Positions 49,492 to 61,565 of a DNA stretch of 64,000 bases are shown one piece after another. A program made the position numbers and the translations under genes. The first letter of the stretch is position 1; each line of letters begins with the position of its first letter. This stretch comes from Candidatus Hydrogenedentota bacterium (lineage in GTDB: Bacteria; Hydrogenedentota; Hydrogenedentia; Hydrogenedentales; SLHB01). The notes beneath the pieces are model-generated. The model was given only the letters and a program-made list of their open reading frames with translations. It was not told the DNA's origin and did not search any database. The stretch lies in assembly GCA_963668025.2 (NCBI GenBank), contig CAXXTH010000022.1, positions 1-64,000 on the forward strand, given 5' to 3'.

Positions 49492-50916
49492 TTAGCCAGC
49501 CATTTCCCGTTCGATGGCTTCGAGGGTCTTGCCCTTAGTTTCCGGCAAGCGGCGCCAGAGGTAAGAAAAACCGACCACACAAATCGCCGCATAAAACCAG
49601 AAAGTGCCCGCCGCTCCCAACCTGGCATTGAGCAGCGGGAACAGATAGGTCAAGCTGAAGCAGCCGCTCCACAAAGCGAAAACAGCAACCGACATCGCCG
49701 CGCCTCGAATGCGGTTGGGGAAAATCTCGGCGATAACAACCCAGGTGATCGGCGCCAGTGTACAGGCAAAGCAAGCGATGGCAGCCAACACCAACATCAA
49801 CACCGGCCAGCCGCGCAAGCCGAATTGGTAACTGCATCCCATCAGGATGAAAATCATGGCCAGCCCGGCCGTTCCGATCAGCATCAACGGCCTTCGGCCC
49901 AATCGATCCACCAGACGCAATGCGGCCAAGGTAAAAACCAAGTTGACCAGACCTGTAATCAAAATGTTGAACAGCAGGCCCGAAACCTCGTAGCCTGCCG
50001 CACTGAAGATCTCTTCGGCGTAATTAAAAATCGAATTGATTCCACACCACTGCGAGAGAATGGCCAGCACAATGCCCAGTGTGAGGGGACGTCTCAGGCG
50101 GGGATCAAAGAGTTCTCCAAAATCGACTTTACCCATTTCGCCCGCCAACGAAGCATTGATCTCGTCCATGGCCAGGCGAGCGTAGGCAGCGCCGCCGATA
50201 CGAGCCAGGATCTCCTGCGCCTTGTCTGGAATACCTTTTTTCGCCAGCCAGCGTGGGCTTTCGGGCACGAAAAACAAACCGGCCCAAAAGAGTCCGGCGG
50301 GAATAGCCGTCATGGCGAACATCCAGCGCCAGCCTTGTTGGCCGTTCCAGGAGTTCACTATCTCTTCGGTAGAGGCGCCGACAGGCACCTTTTCGGCGAG
50401 CAGCCAATTGACGAGTTGCGCCAACAGGATGCCGATCACGATGGTCAGTTGGTTGAGCGAAACCAACCGACCACGCAGGGCCGCCGGGGCAATCTCGGCG
50501 ATATACATCGGTGACAGATTGGAGGCCAGACCGATGGCCACGCCGCCCCAAATGCGCCAAAACACGAACTGCGGAAAGGAGTGCGCCAGCCCTGTGCCAA
50601 TGGAGGTGACAACAAAGAGCAATGCGGCCAGAAAGAGCAGCCGCTTGCGGCCGAAGCGGTCGCTCAGGGCTCCCGAAAGCATGGCGCCAGCCAAACACCC
50701 CACCAGCGCGCAGCTCATCGCCCAGCCGATCTCGCCCGCCCCACTCAGACCAAAGTATTGCTCGTAGAATGGCTTAGCCCCACCGATGACCACCCAGTCG
50801 TACCCAAACAGCAGCCCCCCCAGGGCGGCCGTCAGCGCAATCATCCAAAGATAGACGGTGTTAAGACGCATCTCCGCCTCCGCTAGGATGACGGTTTGCG
50901 CAGGAACAGTTTGCAT
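49492..50916 (-). CDS. Sugar porter MFS transporter (XylE-like)
   Basis: GGLLFGYD, SDRFGRK, PMYIAEIAP, PESPRWL, LPETKGKTLE; start codon uncertain. Confidence 0.95.
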   Translation of the reverse strand: MQTVPAQTVILAEAEMRLNTVYLWMIALTAALGGLLFGYDWVVIGGAKPFYEQYFGLSGAGEIGWAMSCALVGCLAGAMLSGALSDRFGRKRLLFLAALLFVVTSIGTGLAHSFPQFVFWRIWGGVAIGLASNLSPMYIAEIAPAALRGRLVSLNQLTIVIGILLAQLVNWLLAEKVPVGASTEEIVNSWNGQQGWRWMFAMTAIPAGLFWAGLFFVPESPRWLAKKGIPDKAQEILARIGGAAYARLAMDEINASLAGEMGKVDFGELFDPRLRRPLTLGIVLAILSQWCGINSIFNYAEEIFSAAGYEVSGLLFNILITGLVNLVFTLAALRLVDRLGRRPLMLIGTAGLAMIFILMGCSYQFGLRGWPVLMLVLAAIACFACTLAPITWVVIAEIFPNRIRGAAMSVAVFALWSGCFSLTYLFPLLNARLGAAGTFWFYAAICVVGFSYLWRRLPETKGKTLEAIEREMAG

Positions 50917-51209
50917 ACATACTCCCCCATCCAACCTGATACTTCAGGTGGAACCAACGCCATACATCCGGACGCCATTCGTCGATTCACAGACCGCTGC
51001 ATGAATAGATCCTCATGCCAGGAAAGAGCGACCCATTACTGCCCATGCGCTATATATTCCATCTTCGCCTCTCAGATTTGGAATAGCGAAACAGGCCAAA
51101 AACGTACAAAAAACGGCCATTCCGTCACGCTGGTCACAATTATTTTGACCAGCAACAGGTTTTTTGCGAAAATTAGGTATCACAAATCAGCCACACGGAG
51201 ACGAACACT

Positions 51210-52184
51210 ATGGGCCGTTCGCGTAAAAAACTATCCCGAAGCCAGCAATTGACCGATCTCATTCATGCGTCCGATGCCACTCCTCCGCCGCCATCCGTAA
51301 GTAGTATGGATGAAAACGAAATCCAGGCCCGGTTGAATTTCCTGTGGAACCGCAATAAAGGTTCCTACTCCCTAGCGCAGGGTGATACCACTATTGGCGC
51401 CATCGCGCTTAATCTGGTCTGGGATGTCGAGGCCAACGAGTCTTATGATGTGTCCGTCGGCGTTGCGAAAACGCACTCGGCAGAACTACGCAACCGGGGC
51501 GGTACTGGCCTGATCGCCCTGCGCACGCTGGCGGGGACCGGCCGGGTTTATCTGGATTCGGGCATAGTCATCGAAACCCTGCCTGAAACCCTGCTGATCA
51601 TTGAGTGGGCGCATCTGGAGCGCTACCACTGTGTCGGCTCGGTCTGGCGATTTTGGTGGTTTGAATTCGAACTGATGGGGCCAGGCCATTTCCTCACGCA
51701 TCGCCTGATGAACACGCCGATCCATCCTGAAGACAGCAATAATTTTAAGGAATTATACCTGTTGCTCAAGCGCCACGCGCCAACACAGCGACGCCTGGCA
51801 TCCATCCTCTTCATTCTGATGCTCTACCGCTGGATCGCAGGCTGTGAGGAGGAATTCAACGAGACTATCCAACGCAAGGCAATCTTGAAGGTTATCGACC
51901 TGATGTACGAGAAACTCACCGCAACCTGGACAGTGTCAGAAATGGCCAAATCGGTTCACATGAGCCAACGCACTTTCCGCCGCGCCTTTCACGCCGAAAC
52001 GGGCCAAGCGCCCAAGCCATTCTACGACCGGCTTCGCCTAACCTTGGCCCGCGAGCTCTTGCAGCTTAAGCTTTACACCATTTCTGAGGTGGCGGCGCAT
52101 TTCGACTTTTCCAGCGCCAGCCACTTCAGCCTTGCGTTTCGGCGACAATTTGGCTTCGCCCCGTCATCGATCAATCGCCGCTGA
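51210..52184 (+). CDS. AraC family transcriptional regulator
   Basis: C-terminal double HTH: MAKSVHMSQRTFRRAF...ISEVAAHFDFSSASHFSLAFRRQFGFAPS; start may be downstream. Confidence 0.9.
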   Translation: MGRSRKKLSRSQQLTDLIHASDATPPPPSVSSMDENEIQARLNFLWNRNKGSYSLAQGDTTIGAIALNLVWDVEANESYDVSVGVAKTHSAELRNRGGTGLIALRTLAGTGRVYLDSGIVIETLPETLLIIEWAHLERYHCVGSVWRFWWFEFELMGPGHFLTHRLMNTPIHPEDSNNFKELYLLLKRHAPTQRRLASILFILMLYRWIAGCEEEFNETIQRKAILKVIDLMYEKLTATWTVSEMAKSVHMSQRTFRRAFHAETGQAPKPFYDRLRLTLARELLQLKLYTISEVAAHFDFSSASHFSLAFRRQFGFAPSSINRR

Positions 52185-52539
52185 TCAGATTTCCGGTGGC
52201 AACAATAGCGCCTTCCCAGCCGATTAAAGCAGCGTTAGGGAACACCCAGTTCGGCGGAGCGGTTCCTCATCCGCACAAGCGATTGGCGCAGTTATGCCTG
52301 CGCCGAGACCAAGGCGCTCTGCCGCCCAAATGCTTTAATCTTCCCTTCACGTAACAGGAAAGCCCTGCTGACACAGCACCTGGAGCACCCAGATCGGAGT
52401 AAAGTCAAGAGTGTCCAGCCGGTGCTGACATCATCTTCCTGCTCATCCGATGCCTGAAAAAGTGCGAGCTCCAAACGTAGCCTGACTTTCACCATTCGCG
52501 ATGTAGAGTTGGCAAAAAGTTGATATATCCGCCTTTTAC

Positions 52540-52772
52540 CGACGCATATGCTTCCATGCTTTACGGATGAGATTCTGTCTTTGAATCTATTGGCTTTCTC
52601 ATCCCACATGGATGCTTCTAATGCGATTCCTGTTCGTCGGGCCAGTGCTTTGCCTGCGGCTTCCTTCAGATTCCGCTTCAATGCGGACACCCTTGCACTC
52701 CGGCTAACAGTTCCTCTTACCAGGCTTATAAGAGACTTGCATCCTCAAATAAACGCGCCCTGCCGGGAGCAC
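52540..52772 (-). mobile_element. 5' fragment (domain I) of a group IIC intron, no RT ORF
   Basis: Minus strand begins GTGCTCCCGGCAGGGCG...GCAAGTC...CTGTTAGC...GCAAGGGTGTCCG...CGGAATCTGAAGGAAGCCGCAGGCAAA...GCCCGACGAACAGGAAT, directly after a terminator T tract. Confidence 0.8.
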
Positions 52773-52773
52773 C

Positions 52774-52802
52774 AAAAAAGATAGCCCCCGCATGCGGGGG
52801 CT
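52774..52802 (-). terminator. Intrinsic terminator of the cold-shock gene
   Basis: AGCCCCCGCATGCGGGGGCT palindrome followed by TTTTTT on the minus strand. Confidence 0.85.
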
Positions 52803-52831
52803 TCCAATAATATCTTGGGTGCTTGAAGGAA

Positions 52832-53047
52832 TTACAATGGCCTTACCATAGTCGCTTCGGGGCCTTTTCGGCCTTGTCCCGCTTCGTACGTAACCCGTTG
52901 ATCATCTTGCAGGCTGCGATTTGGCGTTTCGACATTCGAGCGATGAACGAAAAGGTCTTTGCCTCCATCATCCGGAACGATAAACCCAAACCCTTTTTCA
53001 TCACTAAACCACTTAACTGTACCTGTTGCCACTTGTGTACTCTCCAT
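52832..53047 (-). CDS. Cold-shock protein (CspA family)
   Basis: GTVKWFSDEKGFGFI (RNP1), LFVH (RNP2), GRKGPEA. Confidence 0.96.
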   Translation of the reverse strand: MESTQVATGTVKWFSDEKGFGFIVPDDGGKDLFVHRSNVETPNRSLQDDQRVTYEAGQGRKGPEATMVRPL

Positions 53048-53233
53048 TCGGGCCTGTCCTGCGACTATGGCCTATGCTTTCCCCTTACTCGAGATGTGCG
53101 GCCAGCGGGGAAAACCGGCACGCCACCTTACCAATCGAACCAGATGCTATCACATTTCAAGTTCTAAAACAAGTTTAATCTCATTTTTTCCATTTTTGCC
53201 AAAACACCTGGCGTTGGGGAAAAAAGCCGCGAA

Positions 53234-53746
53234 CTATGAGGATAATCCTTTTTCAATCATCGGTAATTCCACTGCCCCTGCGAACCGGCCCACCAGCGCT
53301 CCATTTTCAAAAATCAGGGTATCCGGGATTGACCGCACTTCATAGCGCTCCGCTAATTCTGGCAGTTCATCCACGTCGGCCACCCAGAAATGGACGCGCC
53401 CTTCGAACTGCTGAGCGGCTTTGTTCAACTCGGGTTTGTAGGCCTTGCACGCGCCACACCAGGAAGCGCTGAATACGACCAGTGTTTTCCGTGGATTGCC
53501 CAGCACATCCTGGTCAAATTGTGCGGCAGACACCACCTTCTGAATGGGAGATGCATATGCCATATCCGGCTTATTAGCGCCCGTAAAAACAAATGCCGCC
53601 AGAAGCCCGAGTACGCCTCCATAGAGAGCGCCCCGCCAGGGATTCGCGGTGAGAGGGCATCCGCCGTCTTCACAGCTTCGGGTGCGACCCAGCAATCCGC
53701 CGACTGTTGCTCCAATGACCCCGCCTGCAAGCAAAGAAATAAGCAT
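53234..53746 (-). CDS. Membrane-anchored thioredoxin (DUF6132-like CxxGxC N-terminus plus WCGAC Trx domain)
   Basis: SCEDGGCPLTANPW between two TMs; FSASWCGACK; VRSIP; AAAGGAG RBS. Confidence 0.88.
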   Translation of the reverse strand: MLISLLAGGVIGATVGGLLGRTRSCEDGGCPLTANPWRGALYGGVLGLLAAFVFTGANKPDMAYASPIQKVVSAAQFDQDVLGNPRKTLVVFSASWCGACKAYKPELNKAAQQFEGRVHFWVADVDELPELAERYEVRSIPDTLIFENGALVGRFAGAVELPMIEKGLSS

Positions 53747-53834
53747 CCGAAGGCTCCTTTCCGTTTCGCATGGTGTATTCATGCGCGGCGGGAAATCATA
53801 TCATCGATATGCCCGCATCTTTACACGGATAGAG

Positions 53835-53851
53835 AAGCAAACGGCATGCCA
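53835..53851 (-). promoter_or_regulatory. Sigma-54 (-24/-12) promoter candidate
   Basis: Minus strand TGGCAT-GCCGT-TTGCTT matches the TGGCAC-N5-TTGCW consensus, about 90 bp upstream of the thioredoxin start. Confidence 0.65.
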
Positions 53852-53955
53852 GGCGAGAACGGCGCTTTTACTTGTAGTTGCGCCATAAACGAAATAGGGC
53901 TGCCGCAAGGAAACGTTTCAGGAACGTTACATGAAACACCTCTCGCCGAACCGGA

Positions 53956-56900
53956 TTATTTCCACCAGTTCATCGAGAGCGGAATCCGGGTAGCCGATTC
54001 CATTTCGAGGGAGAAGCGGCAAGCGCCCGCACTTTTAGCGACTTTCACCAGGAGCGTATTTTTGCCTTGCTTGATGGTGGCGTCCAAGATGATGGGCTCG
54101 ATGCGCTGGTTCGCTGGCCGTTGTTCATCGAAGGCTAAAAGCAAACGCCCATTCAGCCAGATTTTAGTGGGCGCATAGGCTCCGATATGGATATGAATCG
54201 GGCAGCGATCATGGCCGTTGAACTCGGCATAGGCATATGCAGCGCCAGGAACGCCAATCGCGCTAGGAGAAATGAATGGCTCGAGCGCTTCCTGGAGTTC
54301 CACCAAGTGGCGCTCTCTTACGCAGGAATACCAGCGCCGCCACCGAATGGGCTTGCACCAGCCCGAATACGCCATTTGCAGTTCCACTGTGTGTTCAGGC
54401 GGATAGGGGGTGTCGAATCCTTCGCCGTTCCAATTGGGAAACATGCCCAGCACCATCCAGCGCCGGATAGCATCCACGCGCTCTTGCTTGAGCCAATCTT
54501 GCGTGGGGGCGTCTGGAGCTACGGGCTCCTCGGAAGGTACGGAACGCCGGGCGAAATGGCGCAAGAGATTGACAAAGAGGCGATCAGCCAGGGGGTCTTC
54601 CCCCAATTGTTCCAAAATGCGCAGGTGGGTGAAGACCATGCGGCCGCTGCCTAAGCGCCGGACAAGGATATTCGCACCGGCGGCGAGGGGTTCCTCCCCG
54701 CTGGGGCTGGTCCAAATTGCGCCGCAAATATCTTCTTCGCCTTTGTCCGGGAAGGTCCATCGGGGAACAACATCCCGATAAGGCTGGCGCATAAGCCCGC
54801 GCGAGGGCAAACCTTCAAATACCGGATGAAGCTTGGCATAGTGAAATGCTGTATGCGCAGGCAAGCTGGCCGCTTGCACGGAGGGATCAATCCATGTAGC
54901 TAAATCATTCCAATCGCATGGAGGGCTAAACACAATAGCCACTGCGCCTTCGCGCACCTCGGCAATCACTTGAGCCATTTTCTCCGCTGGATACGCGCGA
55001 ATAGTGTTGGCCAGCGGAGGTACGATATGTACGGCGGGCATGCGATCCGTCAAGCGTGCGAAAGGCGCACACCGCGTACGCCATTCATCGGCCGTATCCA
55101 CCACATCAATAAGCGCTTCGGAAGGGTCCGCTGGGGCATAGACCTGAAACTCGACGCTGCTTTCTGATACGACTTTGGCGCCGAGCAGCAGGCGCACGAT
55201 AAACCGATGCGGACCCGTCGAGCCCGATGCGGCGATATCGCCTGACCATATTTCCTTGCCCGTGCGCACGAGCTTGATGGAGCGGCGTTTTTTCCAAAGC
55301 ACCTGATTGGTGGGCCCTACGACTTGCAGCGAAAGATCGACGCGTTCATCCAAACGTTCTTCATTTACCATCAGGATGCTGACGCCGGTTTCTTGCCGGG
55401 GAACGAGGTTCGTTTGGGCCATATGAATCAGAGGCCGCAATGGCTGTTGGGCTTCGCGCACCACATCGAAAGCCGCGTTCCCAGCGCCATCCCCAGCGAG
55501 CAGGCCCGCTTCCAGGGATGCGCCGCCAGCCGCCAAGCGGGCGTAACAATATCCTGAGGCCTTTCCGTTCGCCCGGCAAGCGTCCAATTCGATGCGGACG
55601 GCGGCAGCCTGGACGAGTTGGGTGGCTTCGTAAAACGCTTCCGGACCGTTAAAAACACGGCCTAAATCATGTTCCGTGAAAAGACGCTCCAAGGCGTCTT
55701 CCGCTGATTGGAGGCAGCGCGCTTCCGGCGTTCCCGCATGGCTTCCCATGTGCGCCAAGGCTTGCGGGATATTCATAACGCCTTGCACGCCAATGGGACT
55801 GGGCACGCACAGCATTTCGGGCTCACCCGCATGGCGGCAATAGGAATCGCCATCGAGATCAAGCGGTGCGGGCAATACGATGCGTGGAGAATCAAACGGC
55901 TCTGGCGCATCCCGGAACGGCCGTAAAAAGAAGGCGTTGCCCTCGGCATAGCTGAAAACCAGCCGGGTGGGATCAAGCGCTCGAAGGGAGCGGAGCAACG
56001 CTTCATGCCCGCCAGCGGAAGAATACACGGTCCACGCGATCACCGAGGGATGATTGCGGCCGCGTGATACGAGAGCGCTCAATTCCGCTTGCTCTTCTTC
56101 CACACCGCGAGACCCGGGCAGGGGCATGTCTTCCCACACCATCAGCCCGAATGCGTCGCATAGATGCAATAGAGATTCCGGCGGCGGTTGTATGAATCGG
56201 ACCAGATTAAAGCCGGCCTCCCGCGCGGATTCCAGTTGCTTTTTCGCCCTAGTCGCGAAATCCGGCGAGGCAGGACTAGGCGGAACAGCAAGCACGCCTT
56301 TTACATATAAGCTGTGGTTGTTGAGGCACATGCGCCCATCTTTCACCGTGCATTCGCGCATGCCAAACGGCTGTTCGAGCACATCAATGGGGCGGCCATC
56401 CTTATCCAATAGCTCACATCGAAGGGTGTAGACCATGGGCGTTTCGGGAGACCACAATATATAGTCGGGGAAATCAAGCTGCATGGTTCCCGCCGCGCCA
56501 GATGCGGCGATGGGCGTATCGAGGACGCTCACGCGCACGTTTCCCGGCGCGGATGCATCTATATCGAGCGCCAGACAGCGCCGCCGCAAAATCCGGGCTG
56601 CACAAAAACGTCCCAGCAGATGGTGCGATGGCTTAATTTCCAATCGCACGGAATCCCATATTCCCGACATCGGAAGCAAACCTAACGCCTCCGCCGCAGC
56701 CATACTGCGCGGCGTGGCCGGTTCGATCCGCACAACTAGGCCATTTTATACCCGCGCGCAGCGTTTTCGTGGCGTCAACGGAAAAGGATGAATAGGAACC
56801 GGAATGGCTGCCAAGTGCGATTCCATTCAACCAAACATCCGTGCGGTAAGCCGTTCCGTCAAAATGCAGCTCCGCCTTCCGGCCCCATGGGAGCGTCCGG

Positions 56901-57098
56901 AGAATCCCATTCATGAAAATACCAAGCCGCTTGAGGCGCTTCATGGGCCGCTGCATCCCATATGTGCGGAATACAAACAGATTCGCACACCGGCTCAGCG
57001 CCTGGCATGAACCAGCGTTTATCCATGCCAATGCGCAACGGATCCGCCGCGAAACGCCACTTGCCTTCTAATATATGTATTTGCCTAAACGATTGCAT
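53956..57098 (-). CDS. GH2 family glycoside hydrolase, split by two +1 frameshifts (about 56885 and 56745)
   Basis: LEGKWRFAADP; LHFDG..Y.TDVWLNG...GSHSGSYSSF; SGIWDSVRLE, LWSPETP..Y, FGMRE, RNHPSVIAW across three frames. Confidence 0.8.
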
Positions 57099-57301
57099 TG
57101 CGAAAGACCCCGAGGTACATGCGATAGTACCCGCCCCAGCCCGATGATTCAACTTTGCGAATCGGCTCCCGATAAAAGCACTCGAAAAAAGGAGGTAAAA
57201 TTCCTGGGCGTGTTGCTTTTTTTCCCTCATTTCTTTATGGTCGGACGTGTGAATTGCTGGGGCTTTGAAGCATTCATGAAAACAAAAAGAAGGGGACTGC
57301 A

Positions 57302-58641
57302 ATGAAAACTGGGGCTTTTTCTTTGTTGCTCGCGATTCTGGCCATAGCGCCATATGCCGCGGAAGGTGCGGATTCGCAGTGGTTTAAAGGGCAATTGCAT
57401 GCGCATTCCTACTGGTCAGATGGGCGGGCGTTCCCAGAACAGGCCTTGCAAGCGTATCAACAGCGGGGCTACCATTTCGTGAGCCTCACCGACCACAACC
57501 GTTTCGCGGACAATACGGCCCAATGGCGTACAGTCGAGGAAACCGAGGGGGAATGGCCGCCGAATGTCACCCAGGCCATGTTCGATGCGTATATGCGCGA
57601 TTTCGGAGAGGACTGGGTTGATTCCAAAACCGATGAAGGCGTCACATCGGTCCGGCTCAAGACCTATGCGGAGCTTAAGGGCAAATTCGAGGTTCCGGGC
57701 AAATTTCTGCTTCTCCCCGGAGTGGAGATCACCCAGGAAATCAAAGGGCTTTCCCCGCATCTGAACTACATCAACCTTCCATCCCTGATCCCTGCGCTTC
57801 AGAATGTCAATCTGATCAAGCGCTTGGAAGAGCCGGATCTCACCGTAAGTGCATTGCTCGCTTCCAATGTGGCGGAGGTGTCGGCGCTTGCAATAAAACA
57901 GCAAAGCCCGTCCTTGTTGATGGTGAACCATCCTTTCGCCATTTTTCGACATCCTGCCGCAAGATATGATTGAAAAATCCCACGTTGCGATTCTTCGAGG
58001 TCTTCAACACGGGAACGGAGATCCTTCCCGAAGCTCCGTCGTACACCATCGAAAAATTTTGGGATGTGATCAACGCGTTTCGGTGTGCAAACGGGCAGCC
58101 ACTGCTCTATGGCGTCGCCAGCGATGACGCACATTTTTATGATCCGGCCCCGTATTGATGGGTATTGCGGCGTCGAGCTGGGATGGGTGATGGTGCGTGC
58201 GGCATCGTTATCGCCGGAAGCCATTCTACATGCCATGGATAACGGCGATTTTTATTCAACTACGGGAATTTACCTCGAAAATGTTCGATTCGATCAGCAT
58301 GAAAACCGCCTCCATGTCAAGGTGAAACCTGAAGAAGGAACCAGCTACCGCATCTGTTTTATCTCAACGAAAGCGGGATTCGACCAATCTGTCTCATGGT
58401 GTGGAAATTGCCACTCCGCCTCGCAAAATCCCTCTATATTCCGAGGGAGATTGGGCGTGAAGTTGAGACAGTATCGGGTACAGAAGCTTCTTATACTCTT
58501 GGACCGGATGACCTATATGTCCGGGCTCGTGTCGAATCGGACAAGCCATCGAAGCTTTCCGGTGATCCAAAGCATGCTAAACTATATCCAAAAATGCAGG
58601 CCGCATGGACACAACCATATGCAAAAACCTCTCCAAAATAG
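57302..58641 (+). CDS. Secreted PHP-domain (CehA/McbA-like) metallohydrolase with about five frameshifts
   Basis: WFKGQLHAHSYWSDG, LTDHN, NHP, FFEVFN, ASDDAH, GWVMVRA, GDFYSTTG, LYVRARV, AWTQP distributed over several frames. Confidence 0.75.
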
Positions 58642-58959
58642 GCGGCGTAGATTTCCGCAGCAATCCCCGGTGGTTCTTATTTTATGGTGTTTTTAATATT
58701 TATACTATAAAACCTAATAAATACAACAGCAACTATATGCTACTTCCGATGCTGCTTTCGGCGGAATAGACCGTTCTATTATTCTTTCGATGGATGCTTC
58801 CGCGTTCATTCAAATCGATTGGCCCCTCAAAACCGTCCCGTTCTCTCTGCTTGCAATGCAAATCACATCTCTTTTTTCCTCGCCTTATAAGCAAACCCGC
58901 CTGAGTAAAATGCGCTCAAGTGAAGAAGTGGGCTTCTTTTGGGTTCGTTTAGAACATTA

Positions 58960-58989
58960 TTGACAGAAAACGAACACCTGTGTTATATT
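58960..58989 (+). promoter_or_regulatory. Sigma-70 promoter candidate
   Basis: TTGACA (58960-65) and extended -10 TGtTATATT (58981-89). Confidence 0.45.
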
Positions 58990-59506
58990 CAGCCTGCCAT
59001 CCGTTTACGACGTATAAGATTTCGGCGCATTGCAGAGAAAGGACATTGTCCTTGGAGGTTGAAGCAGTGAGATGCAACGGCCAACATTCTTTGCGGGGGT
59101 TCCACATTAGCACGCTCATCGCGTGTCTATGCCGCGCCAAAGCAGTTTTGGCAAAGATGGCCGAATCCTTTGAACAGTCACCATCCACATTTATTTTCTT
59201 CATGCTCTCAAGCGCCCCGCGACACGACAAGGGAGAGTGCTGTGTTTTACGGAAGTGGGGGATAAACAACCTTTTACCGAACTGTGGTTATGGGGCCGCG
59301 GCCAGGCAGAAGAAACTAGAGGCAAACAATAGCTAGAGAGGAGAAAAAGACCCATCAAAGACAGATGATGGGCGATACGGAGAGTAATGATGGAGTAACA
59401 ATGGTGGACTGATGCTATGTTCTAACCTAATAAAACTCGGTTTGCTTTTTGCTGTCACGGTGGCAAGGAGGAATCAAAATAATACGCAAACAAAGAGGGG
59501 AAAGAT

Positions 59507-61370
59507 ATGCTCCAATTCAGAGTCGGCGCATGGGCAATGTGTTGTCTGCTTCTAGCGTACATGGGGTGCGCGACGCAACCGAATGGGGAGGCGAATCTTT
59601 CCAAGCAGGGCGTGTTCGGATTTGGTGTTGCTGCCGGCTCCCCAAGAAATGGAGCTAACCGGCGGCTGGATGCCGGTTGACGCGAATCCTGTCGTGGAAG
59701 ACCTCCCCATCTCCGTGCGGATAGACCCCGTTTCGGTGGAGCAGGCGCAGGGGTATCAGTTGGAGGTTCGGCGTCGTGGCTTCCAGATCGTCGCACATGA
59801 CGAGGCGGGGGCGTTTTACGCGAAACAAACCATAAAACAGCTCGTTCGTCAGGCGAAGGACAATCGTCTGCCCTGTCTGCGCATTGCGGACTGGCCGGAC
59901 TTTCCTCATCGTGGGGTCATGCTCGATATATCGCGTTCCAAGGTGCCCGAAATGGAGACCTTGTACGGCTTTGTCGATGAGATGGCCGGGATGAAGATGA
60001 ACGAACTCCAGTTGTACATGGAGCATGCATTCGCCTACAAGGGACACCAACAGGTCTGGATAAAATCATCGCCGATGACGCCGCAACAGGTGCGCGCCTT
60101 GGACGCCTATTGCAAGGAGCGTTTTGTTGACCTGGTTCCCAACCAGAACTCGTTCGGCCATATGGAGCGCTGGCTGGTTTATCCAGAATATGCCCCGCTT
60201 GGCGAGATCCCGGAAGGCCCGGTCAACAACAATCTCTGCCCCACGAACCCGGACTGCCTCACATTTCTAGATGGTTTGTATGGCCAATTGCTGCCATGCT
60301 TTTCGGCGGACCGGTTCAATGTAGGATGTGATGAAGTCTGGATGATCGGCATGGGGCGCAGCGCGGACGCCGCGAAAGCCAAAGGGAAAGAACAGGTATA
60401 TCTAGATTTTTTGAAGCAAATCAACCAATTGGTGATCGCGCATGGCAAGAAAACGATGTTCTGGGCGGATATTTTGGAGCATCGCCCGGAACTGATCCCG
60501 GAAGTGCCCAAGGACATTATCGCGATCAACTGGGGCTACGCGCCCGACTATCCGTACAAAGTCACCTGTCCGAATCTCGCCAAAGCGGGCTTGCCGTTCT
60601 ATGTTGCGCCCTGTACTTATACTGTGAACTCGCTTCTTGGCATGCTGGATTATTCGCAGGCCAATGCATTGAACGCCGCGGAGAATGGGAAAGCAAACGG
60701 GGCCATGGGCTATCTCATCACGGATTGGGGCGACTCGGGCCATTCGCAGTTTTTTCCCGTGTTGTACGCCCCCGTGGCGTACGCCGCAGGCCTATGTTGG
60801 GCGGTTGACGAAAACCGGGACATGGATTTAGCCCGCGTTCTAGACGTTCACGTGTTTCACGACAAGGCGGGTGTCATGGGACAGCTTGCCATTGATTTGG
60901 GCCATGCGCACAGCGCAGTTGAAACGGAGTATCCGCCGGGCGGAACGGCGTTTCATGTGCTCTTGTACCGTGACCAGGGCAGGGAATTCCCGCTGGCCAA
61001 GAGCGAGTGGCTATGCAAATTGCAGGTTGAAGATTTCGAGAAGGCCGACGTTGAACTGGAGCGCCTGGACCGAAAGTTCGGCGAAACGAACATGGACCGG
61101 CCGGACGCCGCGCTGCTCGTGGATGAGTACCGGTGCAACGTCGCCATGGCCCGGTTTGCGTGCCATTACGCCATTGCGAGATTGAAAGCGGGCGGGGTGA
61201 TACCGAGCGAATTGCCCCGGGACGTGCGGCTTGCGCTGGCCAGCGAGTTGAAGGGGATCATCCCCGAATATTGCGCGCTCTGGATCGCCCGCAACCGGTC
61301 CGGCGGTCTTTCTGAGAGCGTGTGGATGCTGGATTCAATACTCAGTCTATTGCTGCAAGGAGAGAAATAA
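59507..61370 (+). CDS. GH20 beta-N-acetylhexosaminidase lipoprotein; signal peptide separated by one +1 frameshift near 59580-59620
   Basis: ATG 59507 gives MLQFRVGAWAMCCLLLAYMG|C; main frame has DWPDFPHRGVMLDISR, NSFGH, NVGCDEV, TDWGDSGH. Confidence 0.88.
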
Positions 61371-61565
61371 CCACAGGGGCATTCTCCGCGAGGCGGATTA
61401 CAACTGATTTTATCTAACAAATGAGGTGTTTTCCCTGGGACTCAATGACCAAATTGTGTGATGATATAATATATTTCCAGTCAATCACTCGTACGGAGCA
61501 TATCGGGGAAGCTGCGTTGCGCTTCCCCGAACTCAAAACCGCGAGACCTGTGGGAGTTTGAGAGA

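Noticed and set aside
52230-52300. Possible group II intron domain V (GAACCGC on the minus strand)
   Set aside because: It does not form the canonical DV/DVI hairpins, so a complete ORF-less intron cannot be supported
58949-59336. Short ORFs on both strands in the intergenic region
   Set aside because: No recognisable motifs, RBS or coding bias
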